Of a DNA stretch of 64,000 nucleotides, positions 50,392 through 64,000 are shown in pieces. The notes under the pieces were generated by a model. The model had not been told where the DNA came from. It saw only the letters and a list, made by a program, of their open reading frames with translations, and did no database searches. Within the stretch, counting starts at the first letter, position 1, and each line of letters opens with the position of its first letter. Origin of the DNA: Eledone cirrhosa (taxonomy: Eukaryota); NCBI GenBank assembly GCA_964016885.1, contig OZ024740.1, positions 179,552,001 through 179,616,000 on the forward strand, in the 5' to 3' direction. The translations under genes were made by a program, and so were the position numbers.

Positions 50392-52619
50392 AGTGTGTAT
50401 ATATGAACTAAATGTTGGACATTCAATTTTTGTTAACTGCTTAGTGTAACTTAAGAGAAGAGATAGCATAGGAAGCAATGGAAAAAGATAGATTTATTTG
50501 GAAAATACGACGTCATAACCCCACTATCTGAACATTTTTATTTTCCCTAAGCACGGTAGATATCATACAGCTAATACTATGATGCTTTGTGTTTTATCGT
50601 ATGCTATTTTATTCACTTTCAGTTTTTGTTCTCCGAATAAAATAGTTAGTCAACAGATAATGGGAGGAAGCATTAGAAAATGCTTAAATAGATTTCATTT
50701 TATGTTGATATAGAATAATATTTACATGGCGTAATAAGATATGAAACATGTACCAAAATAAATTCCTACAAATATGTTATCCTGCTTAACGTTTTTAATT
50801 TCGCCTACACAAACTCAAGGCTCCCAGAAAGGTTTTGTTATTTTTATGTGATCGTAAATAGTTTTCCCAGAGGGGCAGTGCAATTCTGAACAAATTAAAA
50901 TAGCCCCAAATTTGGCATTTGAACTATAACTGAACTGTTAGAAAGAAAAAAATAAAACAATCTTGATAAGCTGGCATTTAATTTAGGATTAGTATGGCTG
51001 GTAAAAAGTATATAGTTCATACGAGGATTTAATTGAAATCTCCATACATGGTTTAGAATAAACATGAATATAAAAATGAAGGATATTCTTAATTTCATTG
51101 TAACTGAACACCGAATGCACAAATGTCTATGTTCAAGAACAGTTTAGACAGTGCGTAATTAATTATAATTATGTTAGTAACAATCGGTTGTAACATATGT
51201 ACACTATCATTAATTTCAGAGCTGTAAAATTGACTTTTTCTTAGTATATCGATTCTGCAAGGATAAATATGAACATTGAATGGAACGAAATCTGAACAGA
51301 ATATATATATATATATATATATATGGGTGAAACTGAGTATTTAACATAATTGCTTTGCCTACATGCCAATTCTAACCTATATTGGCTAATTATCATTTAA
51401 TGGGAGAGAAATTGTAAAATGAGAGTGGACATCATCTTTATAATTCTGCTTTCATGAAAACAAGTAGCAGGAACAGAATAAAGTCGAAGTGAATGCATTA
51501 TATTATTCATTTTCATCTTTGCCTAATCGGAAGATAAGACACCGTTTTCAATCGACCTGTCGTTGTGGTGGATAATAGGCGTAATTTTAATGACTGTACA
51601 TCACCTTTTCAAATGTAAGTTGTTATGGCTGAAAAAGCATAATACCTTTTGAAATCCTGATACAATAATTCATTCTTCAATACAGGTTTCGTACTGCTGA
51701 ATATTACAAAACCACCTTTCAAACATTCAGATTCATATTCGAGTCCAATCGGTAATATATTGGGCAAATGTCTTAACTCAGCCATGGAAGTGATATTAAA
51801 GACGAGTAAACGGAACGGTTCAAATGTATCACAATATTTTACGTTGATGATGCTTCTTGATAATGATCAATGTATACACATCTGTGGAATTCCTTTTCAT
51901 GTTCATATTTGTTTAATTAGTATAACACATCATTTGTATTATTATTGCAATGGAGTGGTTCAAAACAAAATTAGTTGAGCCAGGACAGCTTTCTCGTTTT
52001 ATTTAGTTATTTCTCTTTACGGTCTGAATACAAGTTCTAGTGAGTTGGCATAAACTGTGACTTTTCTGTTGCAAGGAATTAGACCAGATATCTGAAAGAG
52101 GAATATTTTTCTCCCATCTTGCACACGACACTAAGTGTTTTGTCTCATGTTATGCAATACAGGTTTTGAAATGGATGTGATTTGGTTAAGGTATCATGCA
52201 CTTTGGACGACTTCGTAAAGTCATCTTCGCTGGCTTAGCAACGTATGTGCCCCCAAAAAATAACACATATCATTTTAAGTATAAATAAAATTAAAGTGTC
52301 ATTAGAAATATTCTCCAAAATGCAACACTTCAAGTTACAATAGGCTCCTGTATAAAAACAAATGATTATTGTCTTTTAGATTTTGAGTAACAAGAGAAAG
52401 AAGTAATACATTATCCTAAAAATGATGCCTACACGTCACATATCAATATTGGGTAAAAATACGAAGAAATGAGAATTAAAGGGGATCTCGACATGCAGCT
52501 GACAGAGTTGCTGCTGCGTACTGGATGTCATGAGGGAAAACCAATAAATCTGAGATACTCGTCCCCCAACGAAGCCTGTGAATTGCACACAACATAGCCT
52601 GCTGTAATAATTGGGCGCT

Positions 52620-52717
52620 GAAGAAGAAGAAGAAGAAGAAGAAGAAGAAGAAGAAGAAGAAGAAGAAGAAGAAGAAGAAGAAGAAGAAGAAGAAGAAGAA
52701 GAAGAAGAAGAAGAAGA
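52620..52717. repeat. (AAG)n microsatellite
   Basis: Direct sequence. Confidence 0.97.
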
Positions 52718-55699
52718 GGATAACGGCAGAAATGATGATTAGACTGTGGGTGAAGGTGATCCTAATGAAGAAGGTATTTGTGAAACCGATGAAACAATCA
52801 CGATCGTCATCATCATAACCATCATCATTATTATCATCAACATTCAAAATTAACATCAACATAACTTGAGGTCACGCCACCCTTTCTCTCGACACGGAGA
52901 AAAGCTAAAAATCTTAGATTTCAACAGGCCTCAACAGCCAATTAGCTCGAGACATCCCGACCTGCCCAAACGAATTTCAACCCCAATAGGGGTCTTGTCA
53001 CGGGCACTAATCTCTCACGGTGGGTGTGGGTGTCCTTGAATCAGCTACACGCATGCATCACCGATTAAATGGACCCACGCACCATTTCTGGCTCCATTTG
53101 TCAACAGCTTTCCAGTGTAGTTGTCCCGTGCAGCGTGCGTAATGCATACTAAATTATTGCCCGGATTTCTACCCGCCAAAGTGTGTGGCCGTCACGCACT
53201 CTTTTTCCCGACTTCATACTGGTTGCAGCACATGGGGCCTTCATGCGATTGCTGTTTCGTACAGAAAATTAATATCAGCATCGTCTTTATCAATACAGTA
53301 ATCAACGATGGAAAATAAGGTATTCACATTTGAGTAGCATCTGTACATGAAATAACAAGTATCTATTAAAGTTTGATTTTAATAACCAGGTCATTCCAAA
53401 ATAATTTACTCTGATGTATCCTGGTTGTTCATTACGAGAATATCAAATTAAGAAACTCTTTGGTTTCTTATCAAAAGAATGTTGTATATTTAATATATTG
53501 CTAATTGAAAAATTATTTTACGTTCTCATAAATTGATTACATATTTTCTATTGCTAAATTGGATACAAATGGAGAATCTTATATACACAGGGAATTAGAA
53601 CATATTTCTGTATTTAAATCTTTGTATACTTTATTTCGGTTTGTTTATTTTATGTTCAGATATTTTAATTACATGCATCTTATTTCAAAATTAGAAGGAA
53701 TGGATTATCATATTTTCATAGGGAATTTAAATTTCATTTTTATATTTATATGCTTAATAATTAATCAGTAAAATATTCAACAAACATTAATTCTTTCTGT
53801 TATGAAATATAAAAAGCTACAATAATGTTATAGGATATAAGGATATTAATATATGTGCATATTTTAGTATTTTGTTAGGTATTCGTATGCAATATTTATC
53901 CTTGATTATCTATATCGTTCACAGTCTCAGTATTTCCCCCCTAATTATATAAGCCTCAAAGAATCATGTTACTTGAGTAGCAACGACTTTTAAATTGCGT
54001 TTTCTCTGACATTATGTTGATTATGCCCTTCAGAATACCCAGGACACTGTATATTGAAATTATAAATATGCATTCTAAACAAATATTGAATTTTGCGCAT
54101 TTTACATTATTTAGATTAGGTAAATGGGTCTTTATTATTAAGCTCTATGCAACATGTACACTTTTCTATATATACACGCCACACACACATATATATATGC
54201 TATACATATACGCTATTAATGTATATGAATATATAGCGTATGTCTGTGTATGAGAGAGAGGGGGAGTGAGTAAGTGTTCCTAAATACAGATTCAATACGT
54301 TAATCAATACGCCAGCAGTTTAAGTAGTAAACACATCTAATATATTAATATATACACTGATTACGTAACATAGAACAAGCCGAGAATTGTGAAATTATTT
54401 TAGAGGAAAATGGATTTCAAGCAAAATTCTGCGTTTTTCTAAAGTGTAAGCAAGCACGTATATTAAAAATCACAGCACTTCTTTGCTGTGTGCTTTACCA
54501 AAATATCAATAGTTTAAAGACTGTAATGACCTGAAATGTTACAGGGATAGAGTTAGTGTTGGTCTCGGACTTTATAGTGGAGCTAGACCACAGGCTAAGT
54601 GTTATATGACTGGTAAGACCACATGCTAATGTGTACTGAAAGATAATGATCTGGATTAACCGACTGTTTAACAGAAAACGACAACTTGGTTAGTCCAAAA
54701 TGTAATTAATACTACAAATTGTTTAACAGAAGCAAAAGGAAAGTCAATATGAATTAGTTACACAAAGAATATCGATAATATAGTATATTGCGTAAAAGTT
54801 TAAGACCCATTCATAACTGGACTAACATAATTGTATTACAAATAAAAGTTTTCACTTATTTGAAAATCACTAACAAATGCAAATATCTATGAAACATCGG
54901 AAGCATCTGACGTGAGTTGCATGAAAACACAAATATTATAAGTTATCCGATATATAAAAATGACTTTCAAATGAATGCCGGAATAGTTAAAGTATGGTGA
55001 AGGTAACAATGACACCAATAATAATGGGACTATTAGAAGTCCCCCGTGGTCAACAAAATATGTAAAGGTTGAACATGATATATATATATATATATATATA
55101 TACCTCCCCACCAAATTGGTAGTATTTTACCCATGTTGAAGATAACCTTAAATAGATATGATTGCAATAGATTTGAACCAGTACAAGTCCCACAACAAAC
55201 TGTCTCTCAAATATTAAACACATTTCTACAGCAATTAAGCAATATGTCCAGATTACTCCCATTTGCTTTGAAGACAATTAGGTTTTGCAGCTTCTGTGAA
55301 TGTTTGACGTTAGGGAAATCATCGAATTAACTACATGTATTACGAAAGAAATATGATTAATATATCCTTTGAACTTTCATACTTTCAGCACCCATGTTAG
55401 AATAGAAACATCTTTGATAATGTTGGCATTATATCTTCAAATTTAGAAGAAAAGAAAAACGATTATTGATGTCTTTCATAGAAGAAAAGATAATTTTGCT
55501 AGCCAATTTCTCAATATGACATAAGAAGAAGGTGCCGGATTATGAATTACTAAAGAACAAAGCCGAAAGATTATAGTAAATAAATTATTGAACAAAAACG
55601 AAAAGGATAGTAATTTACTCTATTTTTCGACACAAACAAAATGTCTGCTTATCAGTATTTAACGAAGTACATGAAATATATAAGGAATATTTAAGAGAC

Positions 55700-55843
<144 letters not shown>

Positions 55844-56488
55844 AATTCATTCAAATTATAATGTGTCTAATAGTAATAGGGATGTATGTCATTAACTGTC
55901 GATTTATAGTCTTTTATACAAACGCCAGCTCTTTAATACAATCATTTTATCGAAACCATAAGGGTATATAATGTGATGTGATAGTCCTGTAAATCCGGTT
56001 TGAGTTCTAGGGGCGCCGCAGCGGTATACATCTTTTCTTGTGAATATCACATTCTTGTGAATATCCCTTCTTTATACTCTATTAACAACTTAACTGCTAG
56101 GGATGATATTACTGCTAGTGGTACAAGGGGTTTTGTAATCTTGCATTTTATCATCATAGGTAATTTCAATCGCACAACACTTAGAAATAAAAGCATTTAA
56201 CGGTGCAAAGTCCAATTTTGGATGGGAATGTAGCCCTGCTTCCTTGTTATGAGAAAGTTTCTGGTATTCAAACACATGCTCATGATTAATAGTGGATTTA
56301 TGTTTATGTAAGAAGCAGATTACAGGCGAACCCTTGAAATGTCTGCCTAGCAGTTTCGGCTTGCATGTACTAAGCCTTCTCAAGTATACACGCGTTAGCG
56401 CCTGTATTTCATTTATACACATTCTACTCCTTCCCGTGCATAACGTTCTCCTCCGATATGAATTCCCTCTCTCGCGGCATGGCACTTT

Positions 56489-56968
<480 letters not shown>

Positions 56969-57157
56969 AATAATTAACTCCGTACGCGCACCACCAACTA
57001 CACAAACGAAGACGGGTTAGTTGCATTACGTTGAGTGCTCTCCATAATATTACATCGAGGTTGACCATACGGAATGACCAGTTCTATCCGGTGGTGAACC
57101 AACAAACCTAAATATATATATATATAACTTTAATCTTTTATTTTTATAAATATATAT

Positions 57158-57896
57158 AGTGTGTTTGGCCTTTTAACTTATGTTGTAGCTCTAGTTCACT
57201 AGCTTCTATGGAGCGCTTGCCACACATCTCGGAAGTTGTTTTTCGTTAATTTCCAATAGCCGAAATAGGATTCTCGCTAATTTATATGTGTATTAATCTC
57301 CAGAGTCTAGCTATTGACCAGTTAATTTTCTTGATTTTTCTAGTTAATTCTATTGACTGATGAATAGCTTTTGTTAATTTTAAAACCATTCTGCTGAGAA
57401 CTTAATTCGTTTTGTGATATTTTGCAATTTGCTATAATAACACACATACTGAATTCATCCGCCAAAACTAAGGGTTGTCCCCCTTGTCGAGCCCCACGTA
57501 GGTTTTGATAACCGTCAGTCCTTCGTTCAGCACTTGAACTAAAAGCCTGTTGAGAAAGTGACTTCCTTGTTCAATCATCTTAACAAAGGCTTAACATTAT
57601 TTGTCTAAGCAGACAGTACCTGATTTAGAAGTTGCAGAAACCCAAATGCTGGATTTTACCAACCTTCCGGTGGTCCGGGTATAATTTTCAATCATATTTT
57701 ATTTGTTTGACACGAATTACTTGGTCGTTTCTATGGCTGTGCGGATAATGGTTTAACCATCGTCTCAGTGTGTTTGGCCTTTTAACTTATGTTGTAGCTC
57801 TAGTTCACTAGCTTCTATGGAGCGCTTGCCACACATCTCGGGAGTTGTTTTTCGCTAATTTCCAATAGCCGAAATACGATTCTCGTTAATTTATAT
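57158..57896 (+). mobile_element. Non-coding terminally redundant element, family A, copy 3 (unit 609 nt + 130 nt repeat)
   Basis: 57158-57287 is repeated at 57767-57896; TA-rich flanks; reverse complement aligns loosely to copies 1 and 2. Confidence 0.78.
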
Positions 57897-58195
57897 TTAT
57901 ATATATATATGTATATACAGTAATAATAATGATTTCTTTATTATTTTTTTTTTTAATGTTTATTTATTGTTTATTTATTTATTTTTTTATTCTTTATTTT
58001 TAATGATTTCTTTATTATATATAGTAATAATAATAAACGTGAAGACTAAAATCCGAAGAGGGTTCGATAAGGATAATATATATATAAATATATATAAACG
58101 AGTAAATATTTATTAAAAATGAGTTTCAGAAGATACCGTTAAGGGTGAAAGAAGCGATTCTTTGCTTAAACTTTAATCTTTTATTTTGATATACA

Positions 58196-58670
58196 TCTAT
58201 ATATATAAAACTGAGGATGTCTATCTGTGTGTGTGTGAGTTCGAATCCCTAAAATTCGAGAACCACCAAACCGACTGTTTTCAAACTTTACAATGTAATA
58301 CTTATGTTTCAGGGAGTTTTCTGAGCAAAAAGAATCTCAAATGTTCAATGGCCTAGGGACCGCATTAGCGATTAGCAATCTCTCTCTATAATTCTTAGTC
58401 TTTCTCTTTTTAGATAGATACATACATATAACGTCGCGCCCTTATAATATCTGTCTGTATGTCTGGCTGTCTGCATTACGTCACTTCCCTGAGGATGTCT
58501 GTCTGTGTGTGTGTGAGTGTGTGTGTGTCTGTGAGTTTGAATCCTTAAAACTCGAGAAGTACCCAACCGATTTTGTTCAAACTTTACATGTGTATTACTT
58601 ATGTTTCAAGGAGTGTTATGCACATGAGAAAATTCAACTTTTTTTTTATCTCCTAGGGCCCGCATTAGGT
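58196..58670 (+). mobile_element. Helitron-like 5' end with internal tandem duplication
   Basis: ATCTATATATATAAAACTGAGGATGTCTATCTGT matches the start of the Helitron at 3221; 58210-58370 recurs at 58490-58670; no 3' CTAG hairpin found. Confidence 0.55.
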
Positions 58671-58719
58671 GAAAAACTGTGTTTTATAAGATGTTTAGGG
58701 GGTTTTTGAGGCGTTACGT

Positions 58720-58935
58720 CATTTAACAAACACATTATCATGAATTACCTTCAAGATGAGATAACAACAATATGGTCACTCGTTTGTTTTTTTAATTTTG
58801 ATGTGACGCAAGAAGTTTGTTTCATTGTTAATTTACTGTAATAAAATAGCGCTGCAAAAGACACGTATTATTTCTGTTTCCCTATTTCGTAATATACGGA
58901 AATGATGTAATTTAATCAATTTATTTAAGCTGTAG

Positions 58936-58940
<5 letters not shown>
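58720..58940 (+). repeat. Dispersed direct repeat of about 215 bp; second copy at 62049-62261
   Basis: CATTTAACAAACACATTATCA...AAGCTGTAGCTTTA at both loci. Confidence 0.85.
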
Positions 58941-58989
<49 letters not shown>

Positions 58990-61212
58990 GAGCTTCTACA
59001 TAACTAGAACTCTTTCATTCGTGAGACATCATCAGATATTGTTTCCTTGTTTGGAAAGATGTAGAGTGCTTCATCATTACGGGCGTTGCTTTCGGAAATT
59101 GTGTAAATATATGCACTTATATATAAATATAAATATTTACTATTATTATTGTCCTTTATATACTTATTTATAGAATCTTTTGAAATACTTCTCTATCTAC
59201 TCAAAGATTTCTCTCCCTTTCTTCCCATTCTCCCTACTACAACTCCCATTCAGCCATCCCCTGGAATTAACTACTTGAAATACCACCACCATCCCCAACT
59301 ACAAAGACACATATACATATAAACTATTCCCCAAGTTACTAGGCAAACCGGATGGTTTCACATGAATAAAGCATTTGTTATCTTATAGAAGCCATTTCTG
59401 TATTAGATAATAGATAATGATGTTTAAACCTCTATTAATGCATTGCGTAACTTTTCTAATTGTATCATCCTCACCCCTGATCTCTTTCAGGATTTACACA
59501 CACACACACACACACACGCACACACACACACATACACACACATGTACACACGCACACACGCGCGCACCCCCACACCCACACGCGCACACACACATATATA
59601 TATATAAGTGCCAATCAATAAGTATATATATATATATAACAAATGAAGTTGTTATACGCGAAAATGCTATAAAATATCTCATAAAATAGGGTGAAGTCCC
59701 TCCCTTAAAGCCGGAAAACGTGTTCACATCTATCGCTAAGAGGATTAGAACCCTATAACAACCTGATATTTGCTCCTTTGTGAGAGTGTTTTTTAATTAA
59801 AATATTTATCGGCCAACGGTGGCTATGCATTCAAAAATATTTTGAAAGTTCTATGACGTTACTAAGAATACTTTTAAGCACAACATTCTGTGCACTAATG
59901 ATGATTTTCGAATACACGTTTGAGTATTACAAACTTATATAACAATATGCGTGATAATGTTGAATAAAGAAAATGAAATAAAAAAAATAATGAAACTAAT
60001 GATTGTAATTGAGCTCAACAATGAGACTTATAACAGCTGTACGATTTGGGAATCATGAATCGATCGGAAGTCACTTAATATTTTTACTTTGATTTTGCTG
60101 TATACTCTAATTTCTGTTGACAGAATTGTGTGCTGTCTTATACTATGTTTGTATTAATTTTAAATTGAAATAAAAAAAAGCAATAACAACTAAACGGGAA
60201 CAGATGAACAGGCAAATAACGAATGCATCTGAGGAGGTAGAACTCTGTACAATTTTAAGTAGATTTGTGTTATATTTCATGAATATGTATTTCTTTTAAT
60301 ACGTCTATACGCCTGTGTGTTTATAGAAAAGAAGCGTTGTAATGATATGTTTGTGTGTACGTGTTTATATCTAATGAATTGTGACAGATGAGATAGCGTA
60401 TACATCGTAGTGTACAATCAGACTTCTTTAACGTGCTCAGACTTCCAATAGCTTCTGATTATAAAATAAATGCCCTCCTCGAGATGTCGGGAATTCTTAT
60501 GATCAGAATTATAAATATTTCAAGAACTATAGTAATAACAGTTGTTCCCGGCGACAAATGTGTATCTAAATTTCGAATAAGCAAATAAATATATGCATTC
60601 ACAAACACAAATGCACACACATATATATTTTACTCTCACAACCGCAGAATACAGACATAGAAATACATCATTCGTTAGACGTAGAAATCAAAGTTGAAAT
60701 AAAATAAAATATAATTTAAAAACTTTATATTCATGTACCTCTCTGTCAAGAAGATCGGCTGGGGAATATAAAACACTATCCAATTTAATAATGCAAATAT
60801 CAAATCATGATTGGAGAGATTGCAATATTGTTTCGAGGACAGTAACACAAAAATTATACCCCGATGGGATTCACTCTTATGAGGAAATGGGGCTACGATA
60901 CCTCCCTTGACCGCTTTACGAAGTATATAACATATTTAGTCGTTTCTTTATACTGTTGGTTGATATGATATTAGATATATTTATAGATGGTAATGGAGGT
61001 CATTCGTCTATATTCATACGTGCACACATACAAAGAGACACAGAAACACATACACAAAGAAACACATACACACAGGATTACACCCACCCATATATATATA
61101 TATATTCACTTTATGCATATATGCAAACACACGCACCCAGATGCGTATCCCCTCCCCCATATAATAATATATATATATGCAGAGGGAGAGAGAGATAGAG
61201 AGAGAGAGATAG

Positions 61213-61300
<88 letters not shown>

Positions 61301-61859
61301 GAGACAGACAGCGATTCATCTATTTATTCCGTACGCATACGTCATTATCTCGCCTTCTTAAACGCAATATTTTCTATCTGTAAATAATAATAATTGTATG
61401 AAAAAAAGAGCTGTTGACAGCAGTATTAGTTTAAATCTTGCTGTATATACATATCACCTCGTAAAATGGTTAGCGTTTTATTTTTGAGTATCAAGGGAGG
61501 ATTTGATCACTACTATTTTCATATAGATTTCAATTAAGATTATCAGATCTCGTTGATTGAAACTAGTAACGATATATAATCAAGTCATTCACCCCATAAT
61601 ATAATAAGGAGCATTCATGATGGATGAATGTTACCCTATCTATGTTACAAATGATGCACATTATATTCTAATCTTTCTTAATTCCAACTAATCCTTGAGC
61701 TATTTATTAAACAGACATTTGAACTTTTTCTGTTGGTACAGCTCTGATGAGATGAAATATATATAAATAGAATTACATTAGAAAGTTCGTTAACGAAAAA
61801 CCCTGTGAGAATGTATATTTAGCAGTTCACCTCTGCAACCCATCAACATTTTAAAGAAA

Positions 61860-61968
61860 ATAATTGTTTCTACTTTTGGCAGAAGGCCAGCAAGTAGCCA
61901 ATGCATTACTGGTATTTTATTTTATCGACCCCGTAGGGATGAAAGGCAAAGTTAACCTCGGCGGGATA
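61860..61968 (-). mobile_element. Nin/Deu SINE 3' half
   Basis: TAATTGTTTCTACTTTTGGC..TTTATCGACCCCGTAGGGATGAAAGGCAAAGTTAACCTCGGCGGGAT. Confidence 0.85.
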
Positions 61969-64000
61969 AAGAAAATAATAATATGAAATTGTTCATTAGA
62001 TTATTGCTTTTGTAGTTAATATTCAATTTATTTACATATTTTAAAACTCATTTAACAAACACATTATCACGATTGCCTTCAGAATGAGATGACAACAATA
62101 CAGTCAGTCGTTTGTTTTTTAATTTTGTTGTGACGTAAGAAGTTCGTTTCCATTGTTTGTAATAAAATAGTGCTGCAAAAGACACGTATTATTTCTGTTT
62201 CCCCATTTCGTAATATATGGAAATGATGTAATTTTATCAATTTGTACAAGCTGTAGCTTTACATTAAGTGTTCTTTAACAGTGTCACTGAACTGCCATTT
62301 ATGTAATTGAAACATTGTCAAACGTGGTATTGACATATTAAATTCTTTATGAAATATTTTGTTTTCTCAACTAGGAAACCTTTAGAATATCAGGAATGGA
62401 GTGTGATTTTAACACATACATTGACATTTTAGAGAAGATAAAGCCGTTTCAACTAAGATTTAATATTTAAATTTAAATTAGATTTAAATTCGATAAGGCC
62501 TTACTATTCATTAACAACACCTGCCACAACACCGAACTATGTACCCAATATACTTCATCTGATATATGACCGTCCTTTTCGTTAAATCCAAAATCGCGAT
62601 TCCTTGAGATGAAGGCACGAGTAGGTAGGATTATCAGAGTGCCGGAGAGAATACCATGCGTTATTTATCACAGCTCTATACTTTCCAATTTTAAACCTTA
62701 TCCAATTTAACATTGATTTAATTGTTCGAGTTTCGATAAAACGTGAAATATATTGCTGTTTGCCACATTGCGTTTTGTTGCCTAACTGTGCTACATTTAA
62801 TCGCTCACCCGATTAACCATCACAGTTGACCCTTTTACGTATTTAGCAGATCCCATTCTGTCGCAAGCTTTCGGGTTACATCTCTCTCTTGATGAGATTT
62901 TCCTTCGGCAAATTATCTAGTTGCAGTCGCCTCTTCAATATTTCATTCGTACAATACTTTCTAAACAGTAAAAAAGAAACAACTATCGTAGAAGAAAACT
63001 GTATCATACTATGTGAATAACATTAAATAAAACTATATACATCACAGCTATAATTTGATTATAGATTATATATATATATACCTCATTATGACATCCAAGG
63101 GGCTGAACGCTAATGGAAAAGGCAATCAATGACTAGCAATTCTCTACTAAAGGTTAATTATGTCAGCATCAATCCATAGTGAGAAAATTACCTAAATATG
63201 TTATTTTGATAGCCAGTAGTAGTATAAACGGGAGAATCTCCAAGGAATGCAGGTGAAATGCAAGACCTGCAAATGATTTTCAGTCTAATTAATTGGCAAC
63301 AAGTTAATGAGAATGCATTTACATTCAGTTATGTCACAATGATTGTTAAACATACACATTTTCTGTAGACATTTTTCTGTAAATGTTTGGCTCTCATTTC
63401 TACACAGTATGATACCTCATCTGAATGATGGAGTATATACATAACATTTCCTCATACTAATTTCGCTGGTCATGTTGGAGTGCAGTCAATTTCGGCTCAT
63501 CAGAATTCTGACACATGTATCATTCCACATACGGCAGGCGGGTAACAGATATCTTGTTAAACACAATAGTGTCCAACAGTCCGAGAATTATACAGCAACC
63601 TCCAATATGCCACGATTAAAAGAAATAATTTACTATGACTGTGCGTTAAATCAGAACGTTACAGCTAAAGGGAGTAATAGTTCCATGTTTGGACATTTTC
63701 ATCGATTGGGGTCTCAGAAAAGTTTTAAGGTATAACTTAGTATGCTAGAGGAATATCGAAACGTATTCTATCTGACGCTTTAACGACTACGCCAATTTAT
63801 TGCCTTCATTTTTTTGTACTTTCCACTGAAATATTTCAACCAATTACAAACATCACCTTTATGTACTAACTTTAACAAATATATCTTATATTAAATCCCA
63901 TGATATTTATGACTTTCTATTGTTTATCTTACACCATAACCACGAACAATAAAATATTGAGGAAATAATACTAAAATATGTCTATTGCACCAAATTCCTC

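Noticed and set aside
57357-57386. CTGATGA within family A copy 3 as a hammerhead core
   Set aside because: No GAAA after the putative stem II, and the motif is absent from copies 1 and 2.
61743-61765. CTGATGAGATGAAA hammerhead-like motif
   Set aside because: Only 3 nt between the core motifs and no supporting stems.

Overview
This is AT-rich eukaryotic DNA saturated with microsatellites and transposons. The tRNA-derived Nin/Deu-domain SINE and the repeat landscape suggest an octopus or other coleoid cephalopod (inference). I found no supportable host gene; most short ORFs are translations of (TA)n/(CA)n tracts. Main contents: (1) a near-intact Tx1/L1-clade LINE (10395-16209, minus) in a (GATA)n tract, with ORF1 and ORF2 in the same frame separated by one UAG, and a single homopolymer frameshift in RT; (2) a degraded full-length Penelope-like element (PLE-1, 17529-22567, minus) with an upstream coiled-coil-like ORF joined to RT at a UUUUUUAG site, plus a 1.5-kb-arm inverted copy of its 3' end; (3) several 3' fragments of a second PLE family (PLE-2) carrying minimal type I hammerhead ribozymes; (4) three families of non-coding 425-650 nt elements. 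The non-coding elements show PLE-type integration signatures: a fixed end at (TA)n, more-than-unit-length or circularly permuted copies, and in two families 5' inversions. One family carries a hammerhead and looks like a retrozyme; the other two have no ribozyme I can recognise. Together they are the best candidate for an undescribed system. Also present are SINE clusters, Helitron-like, RTE-like and R4/Dong-like fragments, and a second, deleted Tx1 copy. All alignments and folds were done by eye.
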